From the IMG/VR virus record IMGVR_UViG_3300028393_000019, positions 186,001-250,000 of that record: 64,000 nucleotides of DNA; one strand, 5' to 3'. The notes under the pieces were generated by a model. That model was not told the origin of the DNA and did not search any database. It worked only from the letters and a program-made list of their open reading frames with translations. This document shows, one piece after another, positions 1 through 9,847 of the stretch. Position 1 is the stretch's first letter. Each line of letters begins with the position of its first letter. The translations under genes and the position numbers were made by a program.

Positions 1-743
1 TGAGCCATTAGATCCCATTCCCACCATAATTTTCTAGTGTTCCAATCTCCGGGATTAGCATGATGGTTATTGTGCCAACCGTCTCCCAGACTCACAAGAT
101 TAGCAATCCAGCTGTTAGTACTTCGATCCTTGGTTTCAAAGTTTCTATAACCATGCCCGTGCCCAAATACATTGACTACTCCGATAAGGTGCACAGTCAT
201 GCTGGCAGGTACGACGTAGACAAATAACCAAAGTATAGGATCGATCACCACCAGCACCAACGAAAATACAAAAATAATTTTAAAATAATTATTAAAGATA
301 AATTTGTGTACAGGTTTTTTCATTAGATCTTTAACATAGGCCACTGGGATATTAGGGATAGCCCAATCATAGCCCCACCACACTTTTAAAGCCTGTGTAA
401 TATCAAGTTTATCATTAATATATGGACTGTGCGGATCACCTTCCTTGTCTGATCTAGCATGATGCTGTCGATGCAATCCTACCCAACTTATAGTAGGGCC
501 TATTGTCGATATTACACTAATCAGACTTAGTGCATTTTCAAGCCATGGATGTGTAGTAAAACTCTTGTGTGTTAATAGTCTATGCAATGTTACTACACTA
601 CTGATAGGACCAATAATAAGCCATGATACAAATGCAATACCTAGGAGATAGTACTGTGCCGTCACTAATGCATACACTATTGCAGGGACAGCCGCTATAT
701 GATTAAACGCTTGTAGTAGTCTAATTTTTGTATTTAAATTCAT
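1..743 (-). CDS. Membrane fatty acid desaturase (delta-9/OLE1-like), runs off the window edge
   Basis: Not in ORF track; translated by hand from ATG at 743 (MNLNTKIRLLQAFNH...). Three His boxes HRLLTH, HRQHH and WHNNHH plus hydrophobic segments. Confidence 0.9.
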   Translation of the reverse strand, partial: MNLNTKIRLLQAFNHIAAVPAIVYALVTAQYYLLGIAFVSWLIIGPISSVVTLHRLLTHKSFTTHPWLENALSLISVISTIGPTISWVGLHRQHHARSDKEGDPHSPYINDKLDITQALKVWWGYDWAIPNIPVAYVKDLMKKPVHKFIFNNYFKIIFVFSLVLVVIDPILWLFVYVVPASMTVHLIGVVNVFGHGHGYRNFETKDRSTNSWIANLVSLGDGWHNNHHANPGDWNTRKLWWEWDLMA

Positions 744-1354
744 TTACCTTGTTCCAGTTGTTGCCACTCGTTGTCGTCGATAATTTTAGTATTCCAATTT
801 ACAAAAGCGCCGGGCGTTGTTTCATAGTATACAAAATTCTGCCAACATTTTTGTACAGGCCATGGGCATGTTTGTATATAACCGGCACCCAACGTCCATT
901 TATTATCGCTTGCAATGGCCATTTGATTGACCCAAGTATCCCACCAACGCTTTCCGCCTCGGTTGCGATTTTGCATAGTAATCAAATATAAATCGTAGTT
1001 GTTTACTTTTTCTAATGCATCGATTAACTTACAGGTTACTCTAAACCCATCAGTCATATCCGTAGGCTTCATGCGAAACTCAGGAAATGTATAAAGCCTG
1101 TTAATCATCTTTGCTACGTTTTTTGGGTAACGATCGTCTCTGAATACTCCGCCCATTACCATAGGTTTGCCTGTGCTGGTTTGATAGACTACCCCATACC
1201 CTGTGTGATGCTCTACCACTAAATTTTCCTCAGTATAGTTATGTCGTAACCAGTTGTCTTCCTTTAGGCAAAGCTGTCTAGCTTCTTCAAATTTTGGAAG
1301 AGACTTGTAGTATATAACTATGTGGGTATCTTGTACATCATATCTGTTTTGCAT
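740..1354 (-). CDS. Putative GNAT-fold acyltransferase
   Basis: RLYTFPEFR resembles GNAT motif A (RLYVxPExR); ATGA overlap with the desaturase gene. Confidence 0.4.
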   Translation of the reverse strand: MQNRYDVQDTHIVIYYKSLPKFEEARQLCLKEDNWLRHNYTEENLVVEHHTGYGVVYQTSTGKPMVMGGVFRDDRYPKNVAKMINRLYTFPEFRMKPTDMTDGFRVTCKLIDALEKVNNYDLYLITMQNRNRGGKRWWDTWVNQMAIASDNKWTLGAGYIQTCPWPVQKCWQNFVYYETTPGAFVNWNTKIIDDNEWQQLEQGK

Positions 1355-1360
1355 GAAGTA

Positions 1361-1376
1361 ATATTTACTTAAATAT
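1361..1376. promoter_or_regulatory. Back-to-back late-type promoter motifs (ATATTTA-CT-TAAATAT)
   Basis: TAAATA on both strands in the divergent gap between 1354 and 1394. Confidence 0.65.
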
Positions 1377-1393
1377 GCGTAGGTGGGAAAAAA

Positions 1394-2023
1394 ATGTTAG
1401 ATAACGCAGTAACCAAGTTAAACTTCACAATTAAATTAGATAGTTTAAGAGAATACTATCATATTCTAGCGGCTGAGTATGACCATTTAAAATGGAATTG
1501 GGAACGTCACGGTAATGATATAACTGAAGAATGGCGCAACCGTATGATGTCAGACAAGGGCACATTACTTCCGTATGGATGGGCTATACAGAGTAATTTA
1601 GTTGATATAACTATCCCATGTCCACCATATAACATTAGTACCCATGATCGATGCGACTATAGAAATACTGAATTAGCATTTGGACTTGTGACTAAACTAC
1701 AGGAACTAATGCCGTATACATACCGTTGGAGTTTAGTAGTACAGCCACCTGGCGGTAAGGTGACTAGGCATACTGATCAGGGTGATGAATACACTGCACA
1801 CATTCCAATATACGAGGCACCTGCCGCAGTTTTTAAATTTTGGGATACAGACGAATCTCAACGATTATTTAATATGGATGCCGACGGCACTGTTTATCTA
1901 GTAGATACTATTATTCCTCACGAAACAGAAAACTATGATACTACAGATAGAATAGGACTAGTGTTTAGATTTAAAAGAGATGACTTGCCCAAGTTACTAA
2001 ACATTACTGGCGAAATATCATGA
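1394..2023 (+). CDS. Asp/Asn beta-hydroxylase-like Fe(II)/2OG oxygenase
   Basis: HxD (RHTD) and distal His (PHETEN) followed by R-x-x-L-V strand of a cupin fold. Confidence 0.7.
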   Translation: MLDNAVTKLNFTIKLDSLREYYHILAAEYDHLKWNWERHGNDITEEWRNRMMSDKGTLLPYGWAIQSNLVDITIPCPPYNISTHDRCDYRNTELAFGLVTKLQELMPYTYRWSLVVQPPGGKVTRHTDQGDEYTAHIPIYEAPAAVFKFWDTDESQRLFNMDADGTVYLVDTIIPHETENYDTTDRIGLVFRFKRDDLPKLLNITGEIS

Positions 2024-2661
2024 CTGTAATATATACTCCTATAGATATAGAATTTGATGTACCTAATGAACAAGATGTAATTGACTGGTTTCATGCTAAT
2101 AAAATAACCGACAACGACTATTGGGAATATAAAGAAGGCCGACACGAATGGTGTTATGTAGCATTGCGCGAAGAACCCAAGGATTGGCGATCATATCGTG
2201 CATGGTTAGATTGGGCTGAAGAACGCAAGCCAATTGACAATCCTGGCATATTCTTTTATCCTGGATTTGAAGAAAAGTTTCCAGGGCTGGCAAAGTGCGT
2301 TCGAGAATTGCCGTTCGATCAAATAGGCACTAGCGGATTTATTATGCAAATAGGCACTATCCCTCCACACCAAGATGCTACCTATGATATGACCGAGCCT
2401 CGCCGCTATATTATCTATATAACTGATCCTGCATATAACACATTTCATCTTCTACACAAAGGTAAAAAGATTTGGCCGCAAATAGATCCTAAATATCGAT
2501 GCTTTGCGTTCAACAATACAGACGTTGAACATGCCGCAGACCCTACCAGTAGAACTAAAATATTGTTAAGTACTGTTGGTATAATGAATAAAGAAAAGCA
2601 CGAAGCTTTATTAAAACGCAGTATAGAAAAATTTAAAGACAAGGTGATATATGGAGTTTGA
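2020..2661 (+). CDS. Fe(II)/2OG-type cupin oxygenase
   Basis: IPPHQD ... EHAA motif pair. Confidence 0.65.
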   Translation: MTVIYTPIDIEFDVPNEQDVIDWFHANKITDNDYWEYKEGRHEWCYVALREEPKDWRSYRAWLDWAEERKPIDNPGIFFYPGFEEKFPGLAKCVRELPFDQIGTSGFIMQIGTIPPHQDATYDMTEPRRYIIYITDPAYNTFHLLHKGKKIWPQIDPKYRCFAFNNTDVEHAADPTSRTKILLSTVGIMNKEKHEALLKRSIEKFKDKVIYGV

Positions 2662-3340
2662 ATATTATTATAATCATGTACCCGGTGAAGAGCCTAGCAG
2701 GAATAATTTAATTTATACTAGTCTTATAGATAAAAAGAAAAAGGTGTTTGTACAATGGTACTATAATGATACGGATTATCATCAAGGACAAAATGAAGTT
2801 GTTGATCCTAAACTGATGGAAGAAAAGTTTCATAGAGAATTACATTTTTTGAGCAACATGGCTTGGCGCAATCCACATATGGTTCCAAAGATTATAGAAG
2901 TTAATGTTCCAGAGCGTAAAATATATTTGGCTATCAATGGCGAGGATTTTTGGAATCAAGCAAAATGTAGCGTTGAAAATTATGACAACGTATTGCCTGA
3001 CTGGCAAGAGCAAATGTTAGCAATACTTCAAGCACACAAAGACAGAGGTTGGTATAAATTTAGTTTACATCCTAGCAGTTACTTTATTGTAGACGGTAAA
3101 TTAAAAAGTATAAATTATTTTTTTACATACAGTAGCAATGAAGGCCCTATTAGCATCGCAGATCATGCAAGTCATATATACAGTGCAAGACAAGATATTA
3201 TGCGAAAACAAGTTGACGCGATGGGGTTAGACTGGGATGCTCCACAACCGCTAGATAAATTACAGCAGTTATGTTTTGAAAGTTTTAGAACAAATTATCC
3301 AGATGACTTTATAGCAAAGGCCAAAGCAATATATGATTAA
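2651..3340 (+). CDS. Protein-kinase-like fold protein with degenerate catalytic residues
   Basis: FHRELHFL (alphaC), VPKIIEV, and KFSLHPSSYFIVDGKLKSINYFF aligning with HxDLHPxN...LKxIDF. Confidence 0.5.
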   Translation: MEFEYYYNHVPGEEPSRNNLIYTSLIDKKKKVFVQWYYNDTDYHQGQNEVVDPKLMEEKFHRELHFLSNMAWRNPHMVPKIIEVNVPERKIYLAINGEDFWNQAKCSVENYDNVLPDWQEQMLAILQAHKDRGWYKFSLHPSSYFIVDGKLKSINYFFTYSSNEGPISIADHASHIYSARQDIMRKQVDAMGLDWDAPQPLDKLQQLCFESFRTNYPDDFIAKAKAIYD

Positions 3341-4127
3341 AGGAATTAATGGACAGCCGTATATAGACATGTCTCCATATATTGATATGTGTGCATTTGA
3401 TCGTTTGCAACCTGAAATACTAAGAGGCTTTGCAGATGCACGTGAATATGCTAAAGAAGGCACTTGGATGAAACCTGCTTTTAAAATAGAGGATATGAGT
3501 TACATTCCAAATTGGAAACCTATCTATAAAGCAATTGAAGAATTTTTGGCATTGCCGGATGACAATCCGATTAAACAAGGCGGCATTGACTTGTACAGAG
3601 ATTTCCAAGATTTTACAATACGCAATAGATTTACGCGATATATCAAGATGGCTATGGGCGCATACGATCCTTACATCTATTATTTCCTATGGGAACAAGG
3701 TAGTTGGGACGATCGTGACTCACCGCGCAAACTCACACCCGAAGCTGAATATTTTCCGGGAGTAGTCAAATGGATTGAGGATATGATCGAACATCGTATT
3801 TTTGAAAGCATTGGCAGAGTTATTTTCTTTCACTGCGAAGCCGGTGGTATTCCGTTTGAACATAGAGATCTAGATGGCGAAAAAGGATTACAACAAGGGT
3901 ATACCGATAATGTAAATGAATTCATACACATACGCCCTAACACAAAGAAACCTTTTTACCTGTGGGATCCCGAAACACGTAATCACACATATATTAATAG
4001 TCGTGCCGCATGGTGGAATGACCAAGACTGGCATGGTGGTAATCCTATTATGGAGCAAAGTTACGGTTTACGTATTGACGGAAAATTTACAGAAGAATTT
4101 AAATTAACGATAGCCAGTAAAGGTTAG
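3333..4127 (+). CDS. Fe(II)/2OG-type oxygenase
   Basis: PFEHRD ... DWHGG ... LRIDG. Confidence 0.65.
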   Translation: MIKGINGQPYIDMSPYIDMCAFDRLQPEILRGFADAREYAKEGTWMKPAFKIEDMSYIPNWKPIYKAIEEFLALPDDNPIKQGGIDLYRDFQDFTIRNRFTRYIKMAMGAYDPYIYYFLWEQGSWDDRDSPRKLTPEAEYFPGVVKWIEDMIEHRIFESIGRVIFFHCEAGGIPFEHRDLDGEKGLQQGYTDNVNEFIHIRPNTKKPFYLWDPETRNHTYINSRAAWWNDQDWHGGNPIMEQSYGLRIDGKFTEEFKLTIASKG

Positions 4128-4649
4128 CAAGTATTTGGGAACTAGTCCTATATTAGTTCCAGCATGCCAGCTGTGTATGTGGTTGTACTGATAGATGATT
4201 CCCTGCGGTTCATTATAATAAGCATCCTGTTCGGTAACGAATACATGTCCCGGCGCAGGTTTACTTAAGAAACAAAAAAATCTCACTAGTTCGCCTAACT
4301 GCTTGTGCTCTTCTTCCCATGGATTGATATCCCAATGCCATGGTGTACATTTACCAGGACGTAGCTCACTGACCCAACACATCAAAGGGTTGGCATTAAC
4401 AGACATACTGATGGCAAGTTCATAGTTTTTATGGAAATGCAAACCAGATTGGTAATGTCGATATTCCACTGTATGTTCATTATATCCTGCAGAGGTCAGT
4501 GCGGCGGTTTGACTAATATACTCATTGTAGTAAGGATTAGATTCTTCCAGTGTCATGTGACCGTGACTGGGTTCAACTTTGCGTGTTTTTATTTCAGCGA
4601 TTAGACTTTCACACAAAGCCCCAGTGAGCGTAGCTACATATTTTTTCAT
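4104..4649 (-). CDS. Fe(II)/2OG-type cupin oxygenase, paralog of the 17.2-20.9 kb array
   Basis: PWHWD, PGHVF, SWHAGTNIG shared with the array. Confidence 0.65.
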   Translation of the reverse strand: MKKYVATLTGALCESLIAEIKTRKVEPSHGHMTLEESNPYYNEYISQTAALTSAGYNEHTVEYRHYQSGLHFHKNYELAISMSVNANPLMCWVSELRPGKCTPWHWDINPWEEEHKQLGELVRFFCFLSKPAPGHVFVTEQDAYYNEPQGIIYQYNHIHSWHAGTNIGLVPKYLLTFTGYR

Positions 4650-5311
4650 ATTATTTTAAACTCATTAGGTAAGATGCATTTCAACGAATTTAACTTGTCT
4701 TTTTCTATATTAAAATTTATTGTCACATTGCCGTATGAAAATTTGTTTATAAATCCTAGTTTATTTGCTTTGTTAAGCCAGGTGCTTATAGTGTTATCAA
4801 AAATAAATCTAGCATCGTCGGCATTTGCCACAGTTGAAGCTAAAGCCACGCTGACTGGATCTGTCAATTTATTCCTTTTTAGTAACTGTCTAACTACCAA
4901 CTGTACTCTAGCACGACGACCAAAGTTAGTAGCAGTATGTAAAACTCCTGCATCCATGTCGTACCATATTCCGTCTTGTACTAATTTGTGTAGTTGTGGT
5001 GTCACTAGGTCGATCAAGTAACATTGCTCGCCCAATATATTAAGATGATATCTATCATCTATATCTGCATGTGTTTGATAGCATTGATTAGGATCCAAAA
5101 TAATAATCCTCGCTTCGCCCTTCGGTACTGGCAACGAGTCATACAAAGTTTGCCAAACTGTATCTTTGTACTCATCCTTTAATACCCACGAGTCGTAGAA
5201 GAAATCACCTGTTGACTGGTTAATCGTAGTTTTCATACCACCAGTGGGCAACGAACTACAAGCCTCTTGAAATAACTTTGAATCTACTGTATAATCTGTT
5301 TGAGTAAGCAT
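4646..5311 (-). CDS. Asp/Asn beta-hydroxylase-like oxygenase
   Basis: THADIDDRYHLNI ... LHTATNFG..R; start moved to ATG 5311 (MLTQTDY), 4 nt after TAAATA. Confidence 0.65.
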   Translation of the reverse strand: MLTQTDYTVDSKLFQEACSSLPTGGMKTTINQSTGDFFYDSWVLKDEYKDTVWQTLYDSLPVPKGEARIIILDPNQCYQTHADIDDRYHLNILGEQCYLIDLVTPQLHKLVQDGIWYDMDAGVLHTATNFGRRARVQLVVRQLLKRNKLTDPVSVALASTVANADDARFIFDNTISTWLNKANKLGFINKFSYGNVTINFNIEKDKLNSLKCILPNEFKII

Positions 5312-5315
5312 GAAA

Positions 5316-5345
5316 TATTTATGTGCTACTATTATAGTGTAAATA
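5316..5345. promoter_or_regulatory. Divergent late-type promoter pair
   Basis: TAAATA on minus (5316-5321) and plus (5340-5345), each 4 nt before an ATG. Confidence 0.65.
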
Positions 5346-5349
5346 AAAC

Positions 5350-6207
5350 ATGGAACGTATACGCATCGCAGAATCCTATGACGAAAAATGGCTAGAGTCC
5401 GAGCGGCCACAGCCGTTGATAGATAATCATATCGAAGCATTAACTGCACAAGTTGTTAAGGGTGGAGTATTTAAGGATATTACAGATCAAGTATATATAG
5501 ATTATAAAAAGGAAATGACCAGGTGGTTATTACAGTCTAAAATTAATACAGTTACAGGATTAGATGATTTTAATCGTGTAGATATTATAAACGGTTGTAC
5601 ACAGTTTATAGACACAGCATATATGAACGGACCTGTACAAGTCTTAGCCGGTGACTATAGATATCATGCTAGACTAGGTAATTGTTATATACATCCTGGA
5701 TTCCTAAGTGAAGAAAAGCAATTAGTAATTGCTTGGCCATTTCCTAGTACAGGTGACACTCACCCAAAGATGAAGGAGATATTAGATGAAGCGCAAGACA
5801 AGGGAATTGGTGTACATGTGGACGGTGCTTGGCTTACTTGCTGCCGCGGAATTGACTTTGATTTATCACATCCATCTATTAAGTCAGTTGCTATAAGTTT
5901 GAGCAAAGGACTGGGACTGGGATGGAACAGAATTGGCTTACGTTGGACTAAGAGTAAGGATGCTGATGCTGTTACAATACAAAATGACTTCAATATGAAT
6001 CTTCGGGCTCCTGCTATGATCGGACTACATTTTTTACGGAATCTAGAACCGGATTACTTATGGAACACCCACAGCGATAGATACTATAAAATATGTCATG
6101 ACTTTGTACTCAAACCGACTAGAAGTATATACCTAGCACTACGCAACGGACAACCGGTTGGTGTTAGCCCATTGATAAGGTATTTAGAAAATGCAAACAT
6201 TTCATGA
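5350..6207 (+). CDS. PLP-dependent fold-type I enzyme (aminotransferase/aldolase-like)
   Basis: VHVDGAW (PLP Asp) and SLSKGLG (Schiff-base Lys). Confidence 0.75.
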   Translation: MERIRIAESYDEKWLESERPQPLIDNHIEALTAQVVKGGVFKDITDQVYIDYKKEMTRWLLQSKINTVTGLDDFNRVDIINGCTQFIDTAYMNGPVQVLAGDYRYHARLGNCYIHPGFLSEEKQLVIAWPFPSTGDTHPKMKEILDEAQDKGIGVHVDGAWLTCCRGIDFDLSHPSIKSVAISLSKGLGLGWNRIGLRWTKSKDADAVTIQNDFNMNLRAPAMIGLHFLRNLEPDYLWNTHSDRYYKICHDFVLKPTRSIYLALRNGQPVGVSPLIRYLENANIS

Positions 6208-6919
6208 TATAGACAGTGTGCGTATTCATTTGCGCGACGACTGGAAAAATGTTGCTATCAGTGTAAGTGGGGGGGCAGACTCTGCGCTATTAGCATACCT
6301 AATATGTTCGTTAGTAACAGATCAAACTGTACATATAATTTCTCACAACCGAATGTGGAAGACTCGTCCATGGCAAAGCTATGATAGTTTTAATGTATAT
6401 ACTTGGCTGTTAACAAGATTTCCAAATATTAGATTTGTAAGACATATTAATTTTATAGCACCAGACATCGAGTACGGAAATATAGGCCCTAATCTAACTG
6501 ACGAGTATGGCAAAAAGGTCAGCGGTGATAATATACAACAACGTGCTTACGCAGAATTTGTTTGTCACACTAACGACGTAGATGCATACTATAATGGTGT
6601 TACACGTAATCCTCGTCTAGCACAGTTCAATGGCATGCTAGAACGCGACATTGAACGTACCAACGATAATGAACATTTGGAATACATGATTCACATGGGA
6701 AGAGTTGCATGCCATCCGTTTCGATTTGTAGACAAATCATGGGTTGTAAACAAATACAAAGAGTTAGGCATTATGGATTTGTTTGACATTACACGCAGTT
6801 GCGAGGGTGAGTTTGAAGATATAAATTACACAAATTACAAAGCCGGGCAATACGTTCCCATATGTGGCGAATGTTTCTGGTGTAAAGAAAGGACCTGGGC
6901 AATTGAACAAAGCAAGTAA
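6191..6919 (+). CDS. QueC-like PP-loop ATPase
   Basis: SVSGGADS PP-loop; C-terminal SC...CGECFWCKER zinc site. Confidence 0.7.
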   Translation: MQTFHDIDSVRIHLRDDWKNVAISVSGGADSALLAYLICSLVTDQTVHIISHNRMWKTRPWQSYDSFNVYTWLLTRFPNIRFVRHINFIAPDIEYGNIGPNLTDEYGKKVSGDNIQQRAYAEFVCHTNDVDAYYNGVTRNPRLAQFNGMLERDIERTNDNEHLEYMIHMGRVACHPFRFVDKSWVVNKYKELGIMDLFDITRSCEGEFEDINYTNYKAGQYVPICGECFWCKERTWAIEQSK

Positions 6920-8168
6920 AACATTTTGTATGCACCCTTTTACAGGATTGGCTACTAGAGAAGACGGCGCCATACAGGCTTGCTGTCGTAGCCACCCTGT
7001 TGGTTTTATACAGCAGAACAGTTTGGAAGAAATTTGGAACAATGACACAATGAAACGTATACGTAAGTCAGTGCTTACTAACATACGTCCGCCAGAGTGC
7101 GAGCCATGTTTTAGACTAGAAGATCAGGGCGTCGAATCCTTGCGAGAACGTCATATAAGCGGTGTAATCCCCGAAGCACGGGTCAACTTGTACCCCAATG
7201 CGTTAAATGCGTTAAAAGACGATTACACTATGCCTTTTGAAATTCCTACGATGGAACTAAAGTTAAACAATCTGTGTAACCTCAAATGCCGCATGTGTCA
7301 CCCAGGAGACAGCACTAGTTGGAACGATTGGGATGTAGTAAAAAAGTACTATCAAGGTGAAGGTCAAGTTATTTTTAACATGGTTGAAGAACACGACTTA
7401 GAACGCAAGCCATTACTCGACAAGTTCAAAGATAATAAAGACTGGTGGACAAGTTTAGAAAAGAATTTGCCATATTTTAGACGTGTTGAGTTTGCCGGCG
7501 GCGAGCCTTTAATGGATCCACAGCATTATCGTATATTGGACATGCTCAAGCCATACGGGCATCAAATTGAAATCAAGTATGCTACCAATGGCACAACATT
7601 GGGAATCAAAGGTGGAAGGAATATACATGACTATTGGCCTCATTTTAGAAGTGTTGCCGTTAACGTCAGCATTGACGGCATTGACAATGTTTACAATTAC
7701 ATTCGCGGCAACGGTGATTGGAATCAGATTGTTACAAATATAAAAGAAATACAAACTATTCCAAATGTGAGTAGAGTAGTCGGCGCTGTAGCTGTACAAG
7801 TTGGTAATATTATGCATCTCGATAAAATGCTGAAATACTTTTTAGATGATTTAGGAATTGTATTTTATACCAATATGGTTAATCATCCCACGGTGCTGTC
7901 AACACAGGTACTACCTGCTCATCTCAAAGAACAAGCTACTATTAATTTAAATTTTGCTAAACTCTATGTACAAGATTACAAATTGGTAAAACAACATCCT
8001 ATGTTATTAGATCTTACTCTAAAACAGATAGACGGTGTTATTAATTATATGTGGGCAAATGATCATAGCGACCGATGGCAAGATTGCATAGCATTTAATC
8101 AAGCATTGGATAAAACACGCAATCAAAGTTTCTTTGATGTTATACCGGATTTTATAGATTATGCTTAA
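6864..8168 (+). CDS. Radical SAM protein with N-terminal twitch/SPASM-like domain
   Basis: N-terminal FCMHPF...ACC...SLEEIWN...CEPC; CNLKCRMC; FAGGEP. Start may be TTG 6903. Confidence 0.9.
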   Translation: MANVSGVKKGPGQLNKASKTFCMHPFTGLATREDGAIQACCRSHPVGFIQQNSLEEIWNNDTMKRIRKSVLTNIRPPECEPCFRLEDQGVESLRERHISGVIPEARVNLYPNALNALKDDYTMPFEIPTMELKLNNLCNLKCRMCHPGDSTSWNDWDVVKKYYQGEGQVIFNMVEEHDLERKPLLDKFKDNKDWWTSLEKNLPYFRRVEFAGGEPLMDPQHYRILDMLKPYGHQIEIKYATNGTTLGIKGGRNIHDYWPHFRSVAVNVSIDGIDNVYNYIRGNGDWNQIVTNIKEIQTIPNVSRVVGAVAVQVGNIMHLDKMLKYFLDDLGIVFYTNMVNHPTVLSTQVLPAHLKEQATINLNFAKLYVQDYKLVKQHPMLLDLTLKQIDGVINYMWANDHSDRWQDCIAFNQALDKTRNQSFFDVIPDFIDYA

Positions 8169-9057
8169 GGTAACTAGTCGCTGGCCTCATCAGAACTCTG
8201 TCAAGATTGAATGGAATCTTGGAAAACGTTGCAACTACGATTGCAGTTATTGCCCGAGTGAGATACACGACAACTCCAGTCAGCATACTGACATAGAAAT
8301 ACTTAAGAGTTCTGTGGATCAATTAATGAAACTAGGAAAACCTATTCGTATTAGTTTTACAGGAGGCGAGCCTACTGTGCATCCCAAGTTCGAAGAGTTG
8401 GTGAACTACTGTAAGAATCAAGGCGTAAGTTGGGTGAGCGTTACTACCAATGGCACACGCAAAGATGATTGGTATGCTAATCTACGTGCAGATCAGATTG
8501 TGTTTAGTGTACACATGGAGTACGATGTCCGACGAGTTTTAAATACAATCGTAAATGTTAACGAATACTTTGCAGGAAAAGTAATGGTACATGTCATGGC
8601 GCATCAGGATCATATGAAGCGCACTAGATATATTGCAGGTGCATTGGCCGCAAGTGCTGTTCCACACGCTGTCCGTAGAGTACGTTGGACACAAGGTGAT
8701 CATGATCTGTTTGACGATATGCGGTATGGAGCGGACGACCTAGCATGGGTCAAAGAATACGAGACCACTGTAGAAGGTAATTGTATCATTGATGATACTA
8801 AAAAGATGCATGCCAACGATGTTATTAAACTGCATCTAAACAAGTACAAAGATTGGACTTGTAACGCAGGTATAGAAAGTCTAATGATAAATTGGGATGG
8901 CGATGTACACAGAGCCACTTGTAGAGTTGGCGGTAGTTTGGGCAATATTTATGATGGTAGTTTTGTTGTGCCTAGTCAACCTGTAGTTTGTGATCGTAAC
9001 TTCTGTACCTGTGCGGCAGACATTCCACTTACAAAATATGCGTCTAACAAATCTTAA
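8161..9057 (+). CDS. Radical SAM protein with C-terminal twitch-like domain
   Basis: CNYDCSYC, FTGGEP, WTCNAG...C...CDRNFCTC. Confidence 0.9.
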   Translation: MLKVTSRWPHQNSVKIEWNLGKRCNYDCSYCPSEIHDNSSQHTDIEILKSSVDQLMKLGKPIRISFTGGEPTVHPKFEELVNYCKNQGVSWVSVTTNGTRKDDWYANLRADQIVFSVHMEYDVRRVLNTIVNVNEYFAGKVMVHVMAHQDHMKRTRYIAGALAASAVPHAVRRVRWTQGDHDLFDDMRYGADDLAWVKEYETTVEGNCIIDDTKKMHANDVIKLHLNKYKDWTCNAGIESLMINWDGDVHRATCRVGGSLGNIYDGSFVVPSQPVVCDRNFCTCAADIPLTKYASNKS

Positions 9058-9847
9058 TCCTTCTAAGTACAAAAGGTTCTTTGCCTTTGGTTGTAGTTTT
9101 ACGAAATATTCATGGCCAACTTGGGCAGATATTATAGGCCAAGATGTGCCTGTTTATCAAAATTGGGCTACACCCGGTGCTGGCAATCATTATATATTTA
9201 ATAGCATTATGGAAGCCGATGCACGATATAAATTTAATAACAATGACTTAGTGATAGTAATGTGGAGTTGTAAAGAGCGAGAAGATCGATACTCTAATAA
9301 CAAATGGCTGAGTGACACAAATTTATCACAAGAAAAAACTTACGGTAAAAAATGGGTTAAAAACTTTGGTACAGATTTGCGCGGCTTTCTAATTAGAGAT
9401 CTCGGTTACATAGCAGGAGCACAAAGTACAATACAAAAAGCTAGTTGGGAACAGTTTTGTCTGAACCCGTTAACAAACATCGATGATACTAAAGCAGTAT
9501 TAGATGGAGTTGACTTAGATTCTATTACTGAAGAGATTGGAAGAGAATATTGGATTAAGGCATTTGATAAACTATGCACCGGCAGTGATATTGATCCATA
9601 CCTTGATAATGCAGATGTTATAGAAACTTATAAGGATTTATTTTTAAATATTAACAAATCGCTTGAAGGTAGATGGACTTTTGAGTATGTTAAAAATCGT
9701 GTAGCACCAAACAATGATAACCATCCCACTCCTTTAGAAGCATTGGAATTTTTAAATAATGTATGGCCTGGCAATTCGTTAAGTATTGAAGCACAGAACC
9801 ATGCAAGACAATGGAACGTTAATCATTCGTTAATTACAAGACTTTAG
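9038..9847 (+). CDS. SGNH/GDSL-like hydrolase
   Basis: FAFGCSFT block I and NDNHP block V; start moved to ATG 9038. Confidence 0.55.
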   Translation: MRLTNLNPSKYKRFFAFGCSFTKYSWPTWADIIGQDVPVYQNWATPGAGNHYIFNSIMEADARYKFNNNDLVIVMWSCKEREDRYSNNKWLSDTNLSQEKTYGKKWVKNFGTDLRGFLIRDLGYIAGAQSTIQKASWEQFCLNPLTNIDDTKAVLDGVDLDSITEEIGREYWIKAFDKLCTGSDIDPYLDNADVIETYKDLFLNINKSLEGRWTFEYVKNRVAPNNDNHPTPLEALEFLNNVWPGNSLSIEAQNHARQWNVNHSLITRL

